NCBI GenBank assembly: GCA_963850905.1
Contig: CAWKMU010000003.1
Span: 3,040,001-3,104,000 of the forward strand
DNA length: 64,000 bases
Direction: 5' to 3'
DNA from: an uncultured Gemmatimonadales bacterium
Lineage (GTDB): Bacteria; Gemmatimonadota; Gemmatimonadetes; Gemmatimonadales; Gemmatimonadaceae
The notes beneath the pieces are model-generated. The model saw only the letters and a list, made by a program, of their open reading frames with translations, was not told the DNA's origin and searched no databases. Shown in pieces: positions 1-9,753 of this stretch; position 1 is the stretch's first letter; each line of letters begins with the position of its first letter. Both the position numbers and the translations under genes were made by a program.

Positions 1-148
1 GTGGGTCGGTTCGGATGGCCTCCTTCGCCCCACCGCGGGCCCGGCGCCCCCGAAATCATCCGCCGGTCGTTTCCGCGCGACCGGGCTCCAGTCGCCAGCC
101 GCCTAGGGCTCGACGGCGCGGACTAGCACCGCAAACTGCCTTGGACCG

Positions 149-173
149 GTAGGGGCGACGCATTGCGTCGCCC
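149..173 (+). repeat. GTAG-type REP hairpin
   Basis: GTAGGGGCGACGCATTGCGTCGCCC; a variant follows at 215-240. Confidence 0.8.
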
Positions 174-505
174 GTTGTTGTCGTTGGCGTTGTCGTCCCT
201 GACCCACGCATCGTGTAGGGGCGGCCTCCAGGCCGGCCGGTTCGCCGCCATTCGCGACGTGAGCGAGCAATGCCAAGACGCGGCAGCAACATAGTTTACT
301 AGCACGGGTTCGAGTAGAGTGTAAAGGTGGTGCGCGCGTACGGACGCCTGCACCAGCCTCGCGCCACATCGCTCGGGTTACCCATTGGGCCCCTCGAAAC
401 GCGGCGGGGCATTCCGACACCGGCCCGCTCGTGCCATGATTGGCAGCGCCGGAAGCCGACCAGGCCCCGGCTCGTTGATACCGCCTCACACCCAATGGAG
501 TGTAG

Positions 506-2431
506 ATGATCCGCCACACGATCTGTCTCGGCCTCGTCGCCCTGGCCGCCGCCGGTTGTGGGAGTAACGCCGGTTCGACGTCCGGTTCCCCTGCGTTCAC
601 TCTGCGCAAGGTCATGGTCCCCGTGCGCGATGGCGTGCACTTGGAGACGGTGATCCTCACGCCGGCCCACCAGAATGGACCGCTGCCGATCTTGCTCACG
701 CGGACGCCCTACGGCGTCCCGGACAGCGCGCCGGGCAGCGTGCCGACCGAGCTCAAGGAGCTGGCGCAGGACGGCTACATCTTTGTCGTCCAGAATCTGC
801 GCGGGCGGTTCAAGTCGGAAGGCCACTTCAGTCTTTCATCGTCTGGCCACATCGACCTCAAGGACCCCAAGGCGACGAGCGAGACGACTGACGCCTATGA
901 CACCATTGATTGGCTGATCAAGAATGTCCCGAACAACAACGGGAAGGTCGGGATGTTCGGCGTGTCGTACGACGGGCTCACGACTGCGATGACGTTGCTG
1001 CAGCCGCATCCTGCGCTGAAGGCGATTAGTGAGCAGGCGTCGCCAGTCGACCAGTGGATGAACGACGACATGCACCGGTACGGTGCCCTCCGCGAGAGCT
1101 ACAACTTCGAGTACTCGGTCATGGAAGAGGCCAGCGACACCGAGAATACCCATTTCACCTTCAACACCTACGACACATACGACTGGTATCTGAACCTTGG
1201 CCCGTTGTCCAACGCCGATGCCAAGTATCTGCACGGGAAGATCCCGTACTGGGACTCGACGATGAAGCATGCGAACTATGATTCATACTGGAAGGACGAG
1301 GCGTGGGTGAACCAGCTGCATGCGTCCTCCGTGCCCAACCTCAACGTGGCCGGCTTCTGGGATCAAGAAGATCCCTGGGGGCCGTGGCAGATCTTTCAGC
1401 ACGCGGGCGAGCATGATCCTGATCATACGGACTTCATGGTCGCCGGCCCGTGGTTCCACGGTGGATGGCAGGGACCCAAGGGCGATAGCCTTGGCCTCTT
1501 GACCTTCGGTGGCCACGAGACTGCGCGTGAATTTCGCGAGCAGGTCGAAGCGCCATTCTTCCGGTACTACCTCCACGGCGTCGGCGACAAACCGACCTGG
1601 CAAGCGACAATGTTCCAGTCCGGGTCCAACACCTGGCGCACCTATCCTGCGTGGCCGCCGAAGCAAGCCGTGATGACGAACCTGTACCTGCACGCCGATG
1701 GTAGCCTTTCGTTCACCGCGCCGACGGGCGGCTATCGGGAGTATGTCTCAGATCCGGCCAATCCCGTGCCCTATCGACGCCGTCCCATTTCGCCGACGTA
1801 CCCGTCGGGAGATTGGCGCACGTGGGAGGCTGCAAGCCAGGAGTTTGTCGATAACCGTCCCAATGTCCTGACCTACGTCAGCGCGCCGCTCGATCATGAT
1901 ATCACCGTCACGGGTCCGGTCACGGCCAAGGTGTTCGCGTCGACCTCGGGTACGGACGCGGATTTCATCGTCAAGCTGATCGACGTTTATCCCGAGAGCG
2001 CCCAAGCCAACCCGTGGAAGCCGGAGGAAGGGCCTGCACCCGGGCAATACGGGCGCTCGCTCAACGGCTACGAGTTACCGATCGCCATGGAGGTTCGGCG
2101 CGGCCGCTATCTCGAGAGCTATGAGCAGCCTCGGCCGCTGGTGGCCGGGAAGCCAATTGCATGGGATTTCTCGCTGCGAGATCGCGACCACGTGTTCCTG
2201 AAGGGCCATCGATTGATGGTCCAAGTCCAATCGACCTGGTTCCCCGTCATCGACCGCAATCCGCAGAGATACGTGCCAAGTATTTACCAGGCGACCGCGA
2301 GCGACTTCGTAAAAGCGACACAGCGCGTCTACAGTTCCGCGGATATGGCGTCTCGGATCCAGCTACCGATCATGCCGACGCAAGTCGCCTCTGAACCCGC
2401 CAAGCCCAATGCCAAGAATGCTGGCTCGTAG
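506..2431 (+). CDS. CocE/NonD family hydrolase (glutaryl-7-ACA acylase / alpha-amino acid ester hydrolase-like), lipoprotein
   Basis: Lipobox LAAAGC; motifs RTPY, GRFKSEG, DAYDTIDWL, nucleophile elbow GVSYDG, GPWFHG; C-terminal PepX_C-like domain (DADFIVKLIDVYP, VQSTWFP); GGAG RBS. Confidence 0.9.
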   Translation: MIRHTICLGLVALAAAGCGSNAGSTSGSPAFTLRKVMVPVRDGVHLETVILTPAHQNGPLPILLTRTPYGVPDSAPGSVPTELKELAQDGYIFVVQNLRGRFKSEGHFSLSSSGHIDLKDPKATSETTDAYDTIDWLIKNVPNNNGKVGMFGVSYDGLTTAMTLLQPHPALKAISEQASPVDQWMNDDMHRYGALRESYNFEYSVMEEASDTENTHFTFNTYDTYDWYLNLGPLSNADAKYLHGKIPYWDSTMKHANYDSYWKDEAWVNQLHASSVPNLNVAGFWDQEDPWGPWQIFQHAGEHDPDHTDFMVAGPWFHGGWQGPKGDSLGLLTFGGHETAREFREQVEAPFFRYYLHGVGDKPTWQATMFQSGSNTWRTYPAWPPKQAVMTNLYLHADGSLSFTAPTGGYREYVSDPANPVPYRRRPISPTYPSGDWRTWEAASQEFVDNRPNVLTYVSAPLDHDITVTGPVTAKVFASTSGTDADFIVKLIDVYPESAQANPWKPEEGPAPGQYGRSLNGYELPIAMEVRRGRYLESYEQPRPLVAGKPIAWDFSLRDRDHVFLKGHRLMVQVQSTWFPVIDRNPQRYVPSIYQATASDFVKATQRVYSSADMASRIQLPIMPTQVASEPAKPNAKNAGS

Positions 2432-2546
2432 CCGCCTCACCGCCGTGGTTGGGCCGGGTCGGGTCCCCAACACTTACCATCGCCGCTTGGCGGCGCTACG
2501 TTCTGCGCCTCCACGAAATCCACCTGTCACGTCATGGGTTCAGGCA

Positions 2547-4430
2547 ATGAAATCCAATTTCTTGTCTCGGCGTTTGTGTGCGCGTCCAAGTAGCGCGCGA
2601 ATCTTCTCGTTTCTGGGCACGTGCAGCATCCTTTCGGTTGCGGCGTGCGCTCATCCGAGCGGGTCAGGAGCTGGTGGTGGTCCGGCGCCCGCCAATGATA
2701 TGTCGATGACGCCTCCGAACCCCGACCCGCGCGTCGGTCTCAAGGGCGGGTGGTGGGACGCCGGTGAGGCCATCTGGAACATGCAGGTGGTATCGCACAC
2801 GCGTCCATCAGCGAACTTTACCAACCCGAGCGTGCCTGGCGACTCCCGTCTCAAGAACTCCGATCTGGCGTTCATGGGTAACTACGTCATCCAGGGTAAC
2901 TACAGCGGCATGCAAGTCTGGGACATGACGGACCCTCGGAATGTGAAGCTGCGAGCGTCGTTTGTCTGTCCTGGATCCCAGAGCGACGTTTCGGTCTACG
3001 GGCATCTGCTCTTTGTGTCTGCCGAGGCGACCAACGGGCGCATCGACTGCGGCATTCAAGGCGTGCCTGACACCATCAGCTCGGACCGTGCACGCGGCAT
3101 CCGCATCTACGATATCAGCGACGTGGACCACCCCAAATCGATCAAAGTCGTACAGACCTGTCGTGGCTCCCACACCAATACGCTGGTCACTGATCCGCAC
3201 GACCCGACGAACGTGTACGTCTACGTCTCCGGGTCGGCCAATGTGCGGCCCTCGGGCGAGCTCGCGGGATGCACGTCAGGGCAGCTCGCAGACGATCCGA
3301 ACACGGCGCTGTTCCGAATTGAGGTCATCCAGGTCCCCGTCGACCATCCGGAAGACGCACATATCGTCAGTTCGCCGCGCATCTTCAACGATCTGGTCGC
3401 TTCCAAGCGCCACGGAGAGTCGGCCGCCGATTCAGCAACGCAAGCGGTTGCCCTTGCCCGCGCGGGCATCCCCGCGGGAACGTTGCGTCGTTGGGCAGGG
3501 ATGGGGCCAACGCAGTGTCACGACATTACCGCCTATCCCGCGGTTGGCTTGGCAGGCGGCGCGTGCAGTGGATATGGCTTGTTGCTCGATATTCGCGACC
3601 CGGCACACCCGGTTCGCGTCGCTGCCGTCGTCGACACGAACATGGCGGCGTGGCACTCCGTGACGTTCAATAATGCCGGTACGAAGGTGATCTTCTCGGA
3701 TGAATGGGGCGGCGGCGCTCAGCCGAGATGCCGCGCCACGGACAAGCACGAATGGGGAGCCGACGCCATCTACACGATCGAGAACAACCAGATGACGTTC
3801 CAGAGCTACTACAAGATGTCGGCGCCACAGACGCCGGAAGAGAACTGCGTTGCGCACAACGGCTCGCTCATTCCGATTCCGGGACGCGACATCATGGTGC
3901 AGGCCTGGTACCAGGGTGGCATCTCGGTCTTCGAATGGACCGACCCGAAGCATCCGCAGGAGATCGCATTCTACGATCGTGGGCCAATGGATGCGACCAA
4001 GCTGATCACCGCCGGCTTCTGGTCGGCCTACTGGTACAACGGCTACATCATCGGCTCGGAAGAAGCGCGGGGGTTGGACATCTTCGAGCTGAAGCCGAGT
4101 GGGTTTATCTCGCAGAACGAGATCGACGCGGCCAAGATCGTGAGTATGGGCATCGAGAACGTGCAGGGACAGCCGCAGTTCGCGTGGCCGGCGAGCTTCG
4201 TGCTCGCCCGTGCGTACGTCGATCAGCTGGTGCGGGACCATGGTGTCGCGCCTGATGTCTCCAGTCGCATCTCGCAGGCGCTGGCACAAGCTGAGAAGCA
4301 AGCCGGCCAGCAGCGGAGCGCGTCCCTGACGGCGCTCGCCACCCAACTGGACGGCAATGCACAGGGTGCTAGTGATCCAGGCAAAATGCGGTTGTTGGCG
4401 GCTGAGGTGAGACAGCTCGCAGGGAGCTGA
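2547..4430 (+). CDS. LVIVD-repeat-like beta-propeller lipoprotein
   Basis: Signal ending VAAC; motifs NSDLAF, CPGSQSDVSV, CRGSHT, CHDIT, WHSVTFN, DEWGGG, ENCVAHNG, WYQGG; start placed at ATG 2547 within ORF 2409..4430. Confidence 0.75.
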   Translation: MKSNFLSRRLCARPSSARIFSFLGTCSILSVAACAHPSGSGAGGGPAPANDMSMTPPNPDPRVGLKGGWWDAGEAIWNMQVVSHTRPSANFTNPSVPGDSRLKNSDLAFMGNYVIQGNYSGMQVWDMTDPRNVKLRASFVCPGSQSDVSVYGHLLFVSAEATNGRIDCGIQGVPDTISSDRARGIRIYDISDVDHPKSIKVVQTCRGSHTNTLVTDPHDPTNVYVYVSGSANVRPSGELAGCTSGQLADDPNTALFRIEVIQVPVDHPEDAHIVSSPRIFNDLVASKRHGESAADSATQAVALARAGIPAGTLRRWAGMGPTQCHDITAYPAVGLAGGACSGYGLLLDIRDPAHPVRVAAVVDTNMAAWHSVTFNNAGTKVIFSDEWGGGAQPRCRATDKHEWGADAIYTIENNQMTFQSYYKMSAPQTPEENCVAHNGSLIPIPGRDIMVQAWYQGGISVFEWTDPKHPQEIAFYDRGPMDATKLITAGFWSAYWYNGYIIGSEEARGLDIFELKPSGFISQNEIDAAKIVSMGIENVQGQPQFAWPASFVLARAYVDQLVRDHGVAPDVSSRISQALAQAEKQAGQQRSASLTALATQLDGNAQGASDPGKMRLLAAEVRQLAGS

Positions 4431-4560
4431 GCAACGTCTGTCCCGGCGTCGCGCTACGACGACGCAGGGGCGTGCAACACTCCGACCCCCTCGAGGCGAG
4501 ATTGCTCGTGGGGGTTGGTTCTTTTGGTCGACGCCGTGTTCGACCCTCTTCGATGGACCG

Positions 4561-4586
4561 GTAGGGGCGACGCACTGCGTCGAGCG
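4561..4586 (+). repeat. GTAG-type REP hairpin
   Basis: GTAGGGGCGACGCACTGCGTCGAGC. Confidence 0.75.
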
Positions 4587-4776
4587 TTGTTGCCGTTGCG
4601 GTTGTCGCTCTACGACCCTCGACCATGGTCCCTGCAGTTCACCGTTCACTAGTAGCTGAAGGTCGACAGGGAAAGGACCCCGGGGCATCGCGGCGTCGGC
4701 GTCTCGTATGCAGTGCGATGCTGGCTTGGCACTCACCGCCACCCCTCGTCACACGGATTTTTGGGAGGATTTCGCC

Positions 4777-5295
4777 ATGCGACCCGTCACCCCGTCCTTC
4801 ATGACTGCAGCGATCGTTTGCTGTGCGGTTGCGTGTGGCGGCAAGCAGGGCCAACAGGCGCCCGCAACGCTGACACCGACGACGTCAATGGGGGAGGTCA
4901 ACGCCCCAGCAGGGACCGCTGTGCCTGGCGGCGCTGCCTTCAAAGCCGAAATCAACCCGACGAACAATGGCACCGTGACTGGTTTCGCCACGATGAGCGG
5001 AAGTCAGGGAGGCAACTCGACAGTCGTTGCCATGCAGCTCGGCGGCCCGCCCGGCACATACATATGGCACATCCACAACGGGAAGTGCGGCAGCCTCGGC
5101 GCCGTTATGGGTGACAAGTCCAACTATCCGCCCGTCCAGGTAGCCGACAGCGGACACGTCATGTTCCGTACGAACCTCAATTTTTACCCACCCGCGGGTG
5201 GCACCTATGCGATCGAAGTCCATCAGGGGTCGGACCCTGGCTCCGAAGGCAATGTCGTGGCGTGCGGCACGCTGAAAGAGGCGTATGGCCCGTGA
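4777..5295 (+). CDS. Cu/Zn-SOD-like or CHRD-like fold lipoprotein
   Basis: GGAGG RBS before ATG 4777; lipobox AVAC; WHIHNGKCG, YAIEVH and VVACG motifs; full SOD ligand set not evident. Confidence 0.55.
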   Translation: MRPVTPSFMTAAIVCCAVACGGKQGQQAPATLTPTTSMGEVNAPAGTAVPGGAAFKAEINPTNNGTVTGFATMSGSQGGNSTVVAMQLGGPPGTYIWHIHNGKCGSLGAVMGDKSNYPPVQVADSGHVMFRTNLNFYPPAGGTYAIEVHQGSDPGSEGNVVACGTLKEAYGP

Positions 5296-5297
5296 GG

Positions 5298-5411
5298 ACT
5301 GGACGCTGCTAGACGCTGGACGCTCGACGTTGGAACAAACCTGAGGGCCAGCTAGGTGCACCGGAGCTGGCCCTCAGGTTTGTTCTCCAGCGTCCAACGT
5401 CCAGCGTCTAA
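5298..5411. repeat. Long palindrome: TRGACGC heptamer arms around GAGGGCCAG core hairpin; likely bidirectional terminator
   Basis: AACAAACCTGAGGGCCAGCT / AGCTGGCCCTCAGGTTTGTT 20-bp stem between convergent genes. Confidence 0.75.
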
Positions 5412-5413
5412 CC

Positions 5414-8200
5414 TCACATATTCAGATCGACGCTCATGAAGAGACTTCGGGCCGGTGGATATGGCGTCACATCCTGTCCGCGAGTGACCGGTGTGTTTCC
5501 GAAGTTGCTGACCTCCGGGTCGAGCCCGGAATAGCGGAAACTGGCGAAGACGTTGTGGGCGCTGGCCGACACTCGTGCGCCATGTACAATGCCGCGACCG
5601 AGGCCAAGCCATTGCTGCGGCACGTCGTAGCTCAGGGTGATCTCCCGCACCTTCAGAAAACTCGCCGACTCGACATAGGGCGCTCCTCCCTCGGCGAGTG
5701 CCTGCAGCCGCCGCAGGGACGCCGCTGAGTCGGCGAGGAGGAACAGCCCGTTGTCGTAGTACGCGTTCGTCACGTTGATCACGCTGCCCCCGCGATGCCA
5801 ATCCACGAGCCCATACAGCCGGAACCCGTGCCAGCTGAGGGCATTGCTCAATGTCATCACAAACGTGGGTTGCGCATCTCCGACTTGTTCAGGAGTACCG
5901 TCCGGCGCGCCCTGGTAGACATTTACGATCTCGGAGACTGACCGGCCCACCTGAGCCCAGTACGTTCCGTAGAATCGACCAAACTCCGGGGCGATGGCGA
6001 AGGGGCCGTACGACAGCGCATCCACTCGGCTGTAGTTGCGGGCAAACGTCAGTCCGGCAAGCCAACTCAGGCCGGATGGCCGCTTAAGGGGCCATGCATC
6101 GAGCGACAATTCGATGCCCTGATTGGTGAACGCGCCGCCGTTGGCTGCGCCGCCGGCAAATGATGGCGCCAGAGGCGAGGGTGTCAGCTCCACCAGATTG
6201 CTGACGCGCTTCTGGTACACGGTCGCGGAGAACTGGGCACGCGACTGCAACAATGTGGCGTCGAAGCCCGTCTCGAGCTCGGCGCTCCGCTCAGGCCGGA
6301 GGTGCGTGTCGTCCAGCTGGTAGTAGATGTTGGAATTGGGATTGGGCCCGATGACCACGCCGCGCTCCTCACCCGTCAGCGTGCCGTAGAAGTTTTGCGC
6401 GTTGTTGAAGTTGAAGCCGTATCCAGGGGCCGTGCCTGCCTCGCCGTATGCGACACGGAGTTTCAGTTCGTCGACGACACCGAGAAACTTTGGCACCTCG
6501 TAGGAGGCGCCAAATTTCGGGTACAGATAGACGGCGCTGAAATCGCCGTTGACACTACTGCGCTCCGCCGTGGCGCCGGCCGTGATCGCCAATCGGCTGG
6601 CGAGAGTCGCGACTTGCTCCTGCGCATACACTGCCTGGGAGCGCGCGCGGTACCGATAGGCCAGGTCAACCTCGATTTTCGCCTGGTCAGGCGACATCGC
6701 CCCCGGAGCAAGGCCAACGCCGGCTTCATCGGGGTTCGTCGTCTCCCGATCGTCTTGTGACAGCCCGATAGACGATGTGGCGTCCACATCGCGAAAAGGA
6801 ACGGCGTGGTGGACCAGATTGACCGAGACGTTGTCGTACCCGGTGTATGCGCGGTCGATATTGACGACACCCGGTAACGGGCTGAGCTCCTCCACCTCGA
6901 GAGTTGGGGGCGCGTAGTTCATGTCGCGTTGGTGCCCGACGTCCAGTCCGCCGTCGACTGAGACCTGAAGCGACTGGTTTCCGTGCCGGTATGCGAGCCA
7001 ACGAAGGCTCCCGCCGCCGATGAACCGACTGACCGACGTGGGGGTCTGGATGAGCGCCGCGTCCGCGAACGGGTTGGATGGGGCAAATGGGTTGAGCACC
7101 CAGCTGCCGTTCGGGTTGCGCTTGTCGAGATCGAGGAAGGACGCCGACGTGGCAAAGACATCGTAGGGAGATATGCCGACGTTGTCGTTGCCATTCACGC
7201 CGCGCACGGCCAACGACTGCTGATAGTACAAGCTCGTGGATGCGGACAGGCTCGACGACAGCGTCTGCGTCAGATTGATGCGGGCTGCCCGCTTATTGTA
7301 CCCCGTGTTGCGCATGACCCCGTTGTCGTACTTGGCCAATGCCGAACCGAAGTAGTTCGTACCCCCAGCGACCCCGCGGACACTGAGATCGCCCTCGCCC
7401 GACACCTCGCCGCCCCCATATAGCTGACTTTGGAAGTTCTGGTATCCCGTGTACAGCGAGACCGGGAGGTCGAAGGACTGCTGACCGTCGTTTCGCCACC
7501 ACGCGTTCGCGCTCTCGTATGTCGGGAAGGCCCGCAAGGGCAGTGTGTTCGCCGGGACGTAGCTACCAACGCGCCCTGTCAGCTGCCACTGGGGCCGCGG
7601 CGTTGTACCTCGTCTGGTGGTGATGAGAATGGCTCCGGCGGCACCCTTCGACCCGTAGATCGCCGACGCGGCCGGACCCTTGAGCACCTCGATCCGATCG
7701 ATGTCCGCGGGGTTGATGTCCGCAATGCGGTTCGGGTTGTTGTCCTCGACGTCCTGCGCCAACGGCATCGGGCCGGCCGATGTCACGGCGTTGAGACCGG
7801 AATTCACCGTCTCGTTGTTGGCAATCACCCCGTCGATGACATACAGCGGCTGGGCCGTCGAGTTGATCGATGCCACGCCGCGGATTTGTACCTGCATGCC
7901 GCCGCCGGGCGCACCGCCGTTGTTTTGCTCCACCACCACCCCGGCGATTTGCCCTTGTAGAGCATCCTCGACTGTGGACGCCGGCGTCACGCTCAGCTGC
8001 TCGCGGCCCACGATCCCGATCGATTGCGTCGCGTGCCGCGGGTCGGTCGTCGTCACAAGACCCGTGGCGATCGCCGAATCCGGCGCGAGCGGCATCTGCG
8101 CGGCTCCCACCAGGGGAACCGCGACAGCAAGCACACTCAGGCCGACGACGGCTCCCAGCCAGTGCCGCCGTTGACCACCTGACAGATCTAGGGTGTTCAT
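5414..8200 (-). CDS. SusC/RagA-family TonB-dependent outer membrane receptor (orphan, no adjacent SusD)
   Basis: Plug motifs PLYVIDGV, DINPADIDRIEVLKGPAASAIYGS, GAILITT; barrel LRPERSAELETG; C-terminal GLDPEVS and YPPARS; start uncertain (8200 or 8275). Confidence 0.88.
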   Translation of the reverse strand: MNTLDLSGGQRRHWLGAVVGLSVLAVAVPLVGAAQMPLAPDSAIATGLVTTTDPRHATQSIGIVGREQLSVTPASTVEDALQGQIAGVVVEQNNGGAPGGGMQVQIRGVASINSTAQPLYVIDGVIANNETVNSGLNAVTSAGPMPLAQDVEDNNPNRIADINPADIDRIEVLKGPAASAIYGSKGAAGAILITTRRGTTPRPQWQLTGRVGSYVPANTLPLRAFPTYESANAWWRNDGQQSFDLPVSLYTGYQNFQSQLYGGGEVSGEGDLSVRGVAGGTNYFGSALAKYDNGVMRNTGYNKRAARINLTQTLSSSLSASTSLYYQQSLAVRGVNGNDNVGISPYDVFATSASFLDLDKRNPNGSWVLNPFAPSNPFADAALIQTPTSVSRFIGGGSLRWLAYRHGNQSLQVSVDGGLDVGHQRDMNYAPPTLEVEELSPLPGVVNIDRAYTGYDNVSVNLVHHAVPFRDVDATSSIGLSQDDRETTNPDEAGVGLAPGAMSPDQAKIEVDLAYRYRARSQAVYAQEQVATLASRLAITAGATAERSSVNGDFSAVYLYPKFGASYEVPKFLGVVDELKLRVAYGEAGTAPGYGFNFNNAQNFYGTLTGEERGVVIGPNPNSNIYYQLDDTHLRPERSAELETGFDATLLQSRAQFSATVYQKRVSNLVELTPSPLAPSFAGGAANGGAFTNQGIELSLDAWPLKRPSGLSWLAGLTFARNYSRVDALSYGPFAIAPEFGRFYGTYWAQVGRSVSEIVNVYQGAPDGTPEQVGDAQPTFVMTLSNALSWHGFRLYGLVDWHRGGSVINVTNAYYDNGLFLLADSAASLRRLQALAEGGAPYVESASFLKVREITLSYDVPQQWLGLGRGIVHGARVSASAHNVFASFRYSGLDPEVSNFGNTPVTRGQDVTPYPPARSLFMSVDLNM

Positions 8201-8499
8201 CGGCAGAAGGAATATGGCCAGCGCACGCGGCGTGCCGCCCACCAAGCACACAACGCGAACACAGATGAGGACCAAACGCTAGTTGCCCGATCGCCCCTGA
8301 CGACTAGCAGGCGCATCGCCACCGGCTGCTGCGCCGTCGTCTACTTTCTACTTTCTGTGCTTCTACTCTCTAGGGCGCACATGCGCCCTGGGCAGACCCA
8401 CACTCTGCGTTATTTGCCTTGCAAGTTGCTCCACGGCACCCTGCCGAGTCCAACCCGAGTAGCGGGGGGTCGCCACCCACGGAGCGGACGGGGGAGACG

Positions 8500-8784
8500 A
8501 TGCGTGTTGAGTGGGTACGGTTGGAGGCGCGCCTCAAGCGGCCGATCAGGGTTGCCGAGTTCGCGATGGCTGTGGACGCGTGGAGCGATGGCTGGACCAA
8601 GCCGCCTGCCGAGATAGCGGAGGCCGTCCGCGCCTGGCGCGACGGCGGCGATGTAGACGCGCGCATGGCACCTATTTGCGCCGAGGTCGCCCGTCGATAC
8701 GGCGGCCGGTTCCAACAACACCCGGGGCTTTCCGCGTACCAGTCCCGAGCCGCGTCCGAGGAACGAAAGGCCGACACGCGGTAG
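8500..8784 (+). CDS. Hypothetical small protein (94 aa)
   Basis: GGGGAG RBS before ATG 8500; protein-like composition; no family recognised. Confidence 0.5.
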   Translation: MRVEWVRLEARLKRPIRVAEFAMAVDAWSDGWTKPPAEIAEAVRAWRDGGDVDARMAPICAEVARRYGGRFQQHPGLSAYQSRAASEERKADTR

Positions 8785-8844
8785 GGTAGACGCTGGACGC
8801 GCGTACGATGCCAGGGGCCGATCCCGATGGGCAGCCTTAGACCG

Positions 8845-8869
8845 GTAGGGGCGACGCATCGCGTCGCCC
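8845..8869 (+). repeat. GTAG-type REP hairpin
   Basis: GTAGGGGCGACGCATCGCGTCGCCC. Confidence 0.8.
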
Positions 8870-9021
8870 GCCGTGTGTCGCGATTGCACGATGGAATCGG
8901 CCGGGCGTCATGGCCTACGTTTGCGTCGCAGAACGCCAGCGTCCAGCCTCTAGCCCCTCCCTCTAACCGGCAATCCGCCGCGGCGATAGTCTTCCCACCT
9001 CCGAATCTCCACGGAGGAGTC

Positions 9022-9753
9022 TTGAGGACATCGATACCTTGGCTGGGTGCTGTCCTGCTGTCCGCAGGCACGGCGGCGGCCCAGCCGCCGTGTACCGTTT
9101 CGCATCCGACCGCGACGTTGTCGGTCCCGCACCGGGCCGCGCCCAACACGCTCGCGACGGAGTCGACCTCCCCGATGTGGCGCGGCGCCGCGACGACCTG
9201 GATTTCGATGGACTGCTCGAAGTCCATGGACTACCCGAAGTTGAAGACCGAGGTGCGCGCGTTCTGGACCGATACGGATCTCTACCTGTTGTTCGTTTGC
9301 CCGTACATGGAGCTCAATCTCTTTCTGCCGGCCGACAATCGGCACGCGCGATCGCACCTCTGGGACCGCGATGTCGTCGAGATCTTTCTCGGCGATGACT
9401 GGCAGAACATCCGTCACTATCGCGAGTTCGAGATCGCACCTACTGGCGACTGGATCGACCTGGCGATCGACCTCGATCGTGACCTGCATGACGAGAGCTG
9501 GCGCTCTGGATGGACCACGGCCGCGCATATTGATCCGCTCACGCATGTGTGGTACGCGGCCGCCCGCATTCCCCTCGCGTCGATCAGCTCAGCTCCTATC
9601 CATGCGGGGACGCGGTGGCGCATGAATCTGTATCGGACCGACGGCCTCGGGGCCGACCCGCAGCGACACTTCATGTGCTGGCAGCCGACGTGCGTCGTGG
9701 ACCAGGATCCCAATCACGTCCCGGAGAACTTTGGAACGTTGGTGTTTGAATGA
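9022..9753 (+). CDS. Secreted carbohydrate-binding family 9-like (DOMON-like) protein
   Basis: GGAGGAG RBS then TTG 9022; signal peptide; TEVRAFW, LYLLF, LWDRDVVEIF, YREFEIAP, WRMNLYR, HVPENFG motifs; ATGA overlap with next gene. Confidence 0.75.
   Translation: MRTSIPWLGAVLLSAGTAAAQPPCTVSHPTATLSVPHRAAPNTLATESTSPMWRGAATTWISMDCSKSMDYPKLKTEVRAFWTDTDLYLLFVCPYMELNLFLPADNRHARSHLWDRDVVEIFLGDDWQNIRHYREFEIAPTGDWIDLAIDLDRDLHDESWRSGWTTAAHIDPLTHVWYAAARIPLASISSAPIHAGTRWRMNLYRTDGLGADPQRHFMCWQPTCVVDQDPNHVPENFGTLVFE

Noticed and set aside
4431..4776. ncRNA or small ORF in the intergenic region
   Set aside because: Largely explained by REP-derived sequence; no convincing structure or RBS-led ORF.
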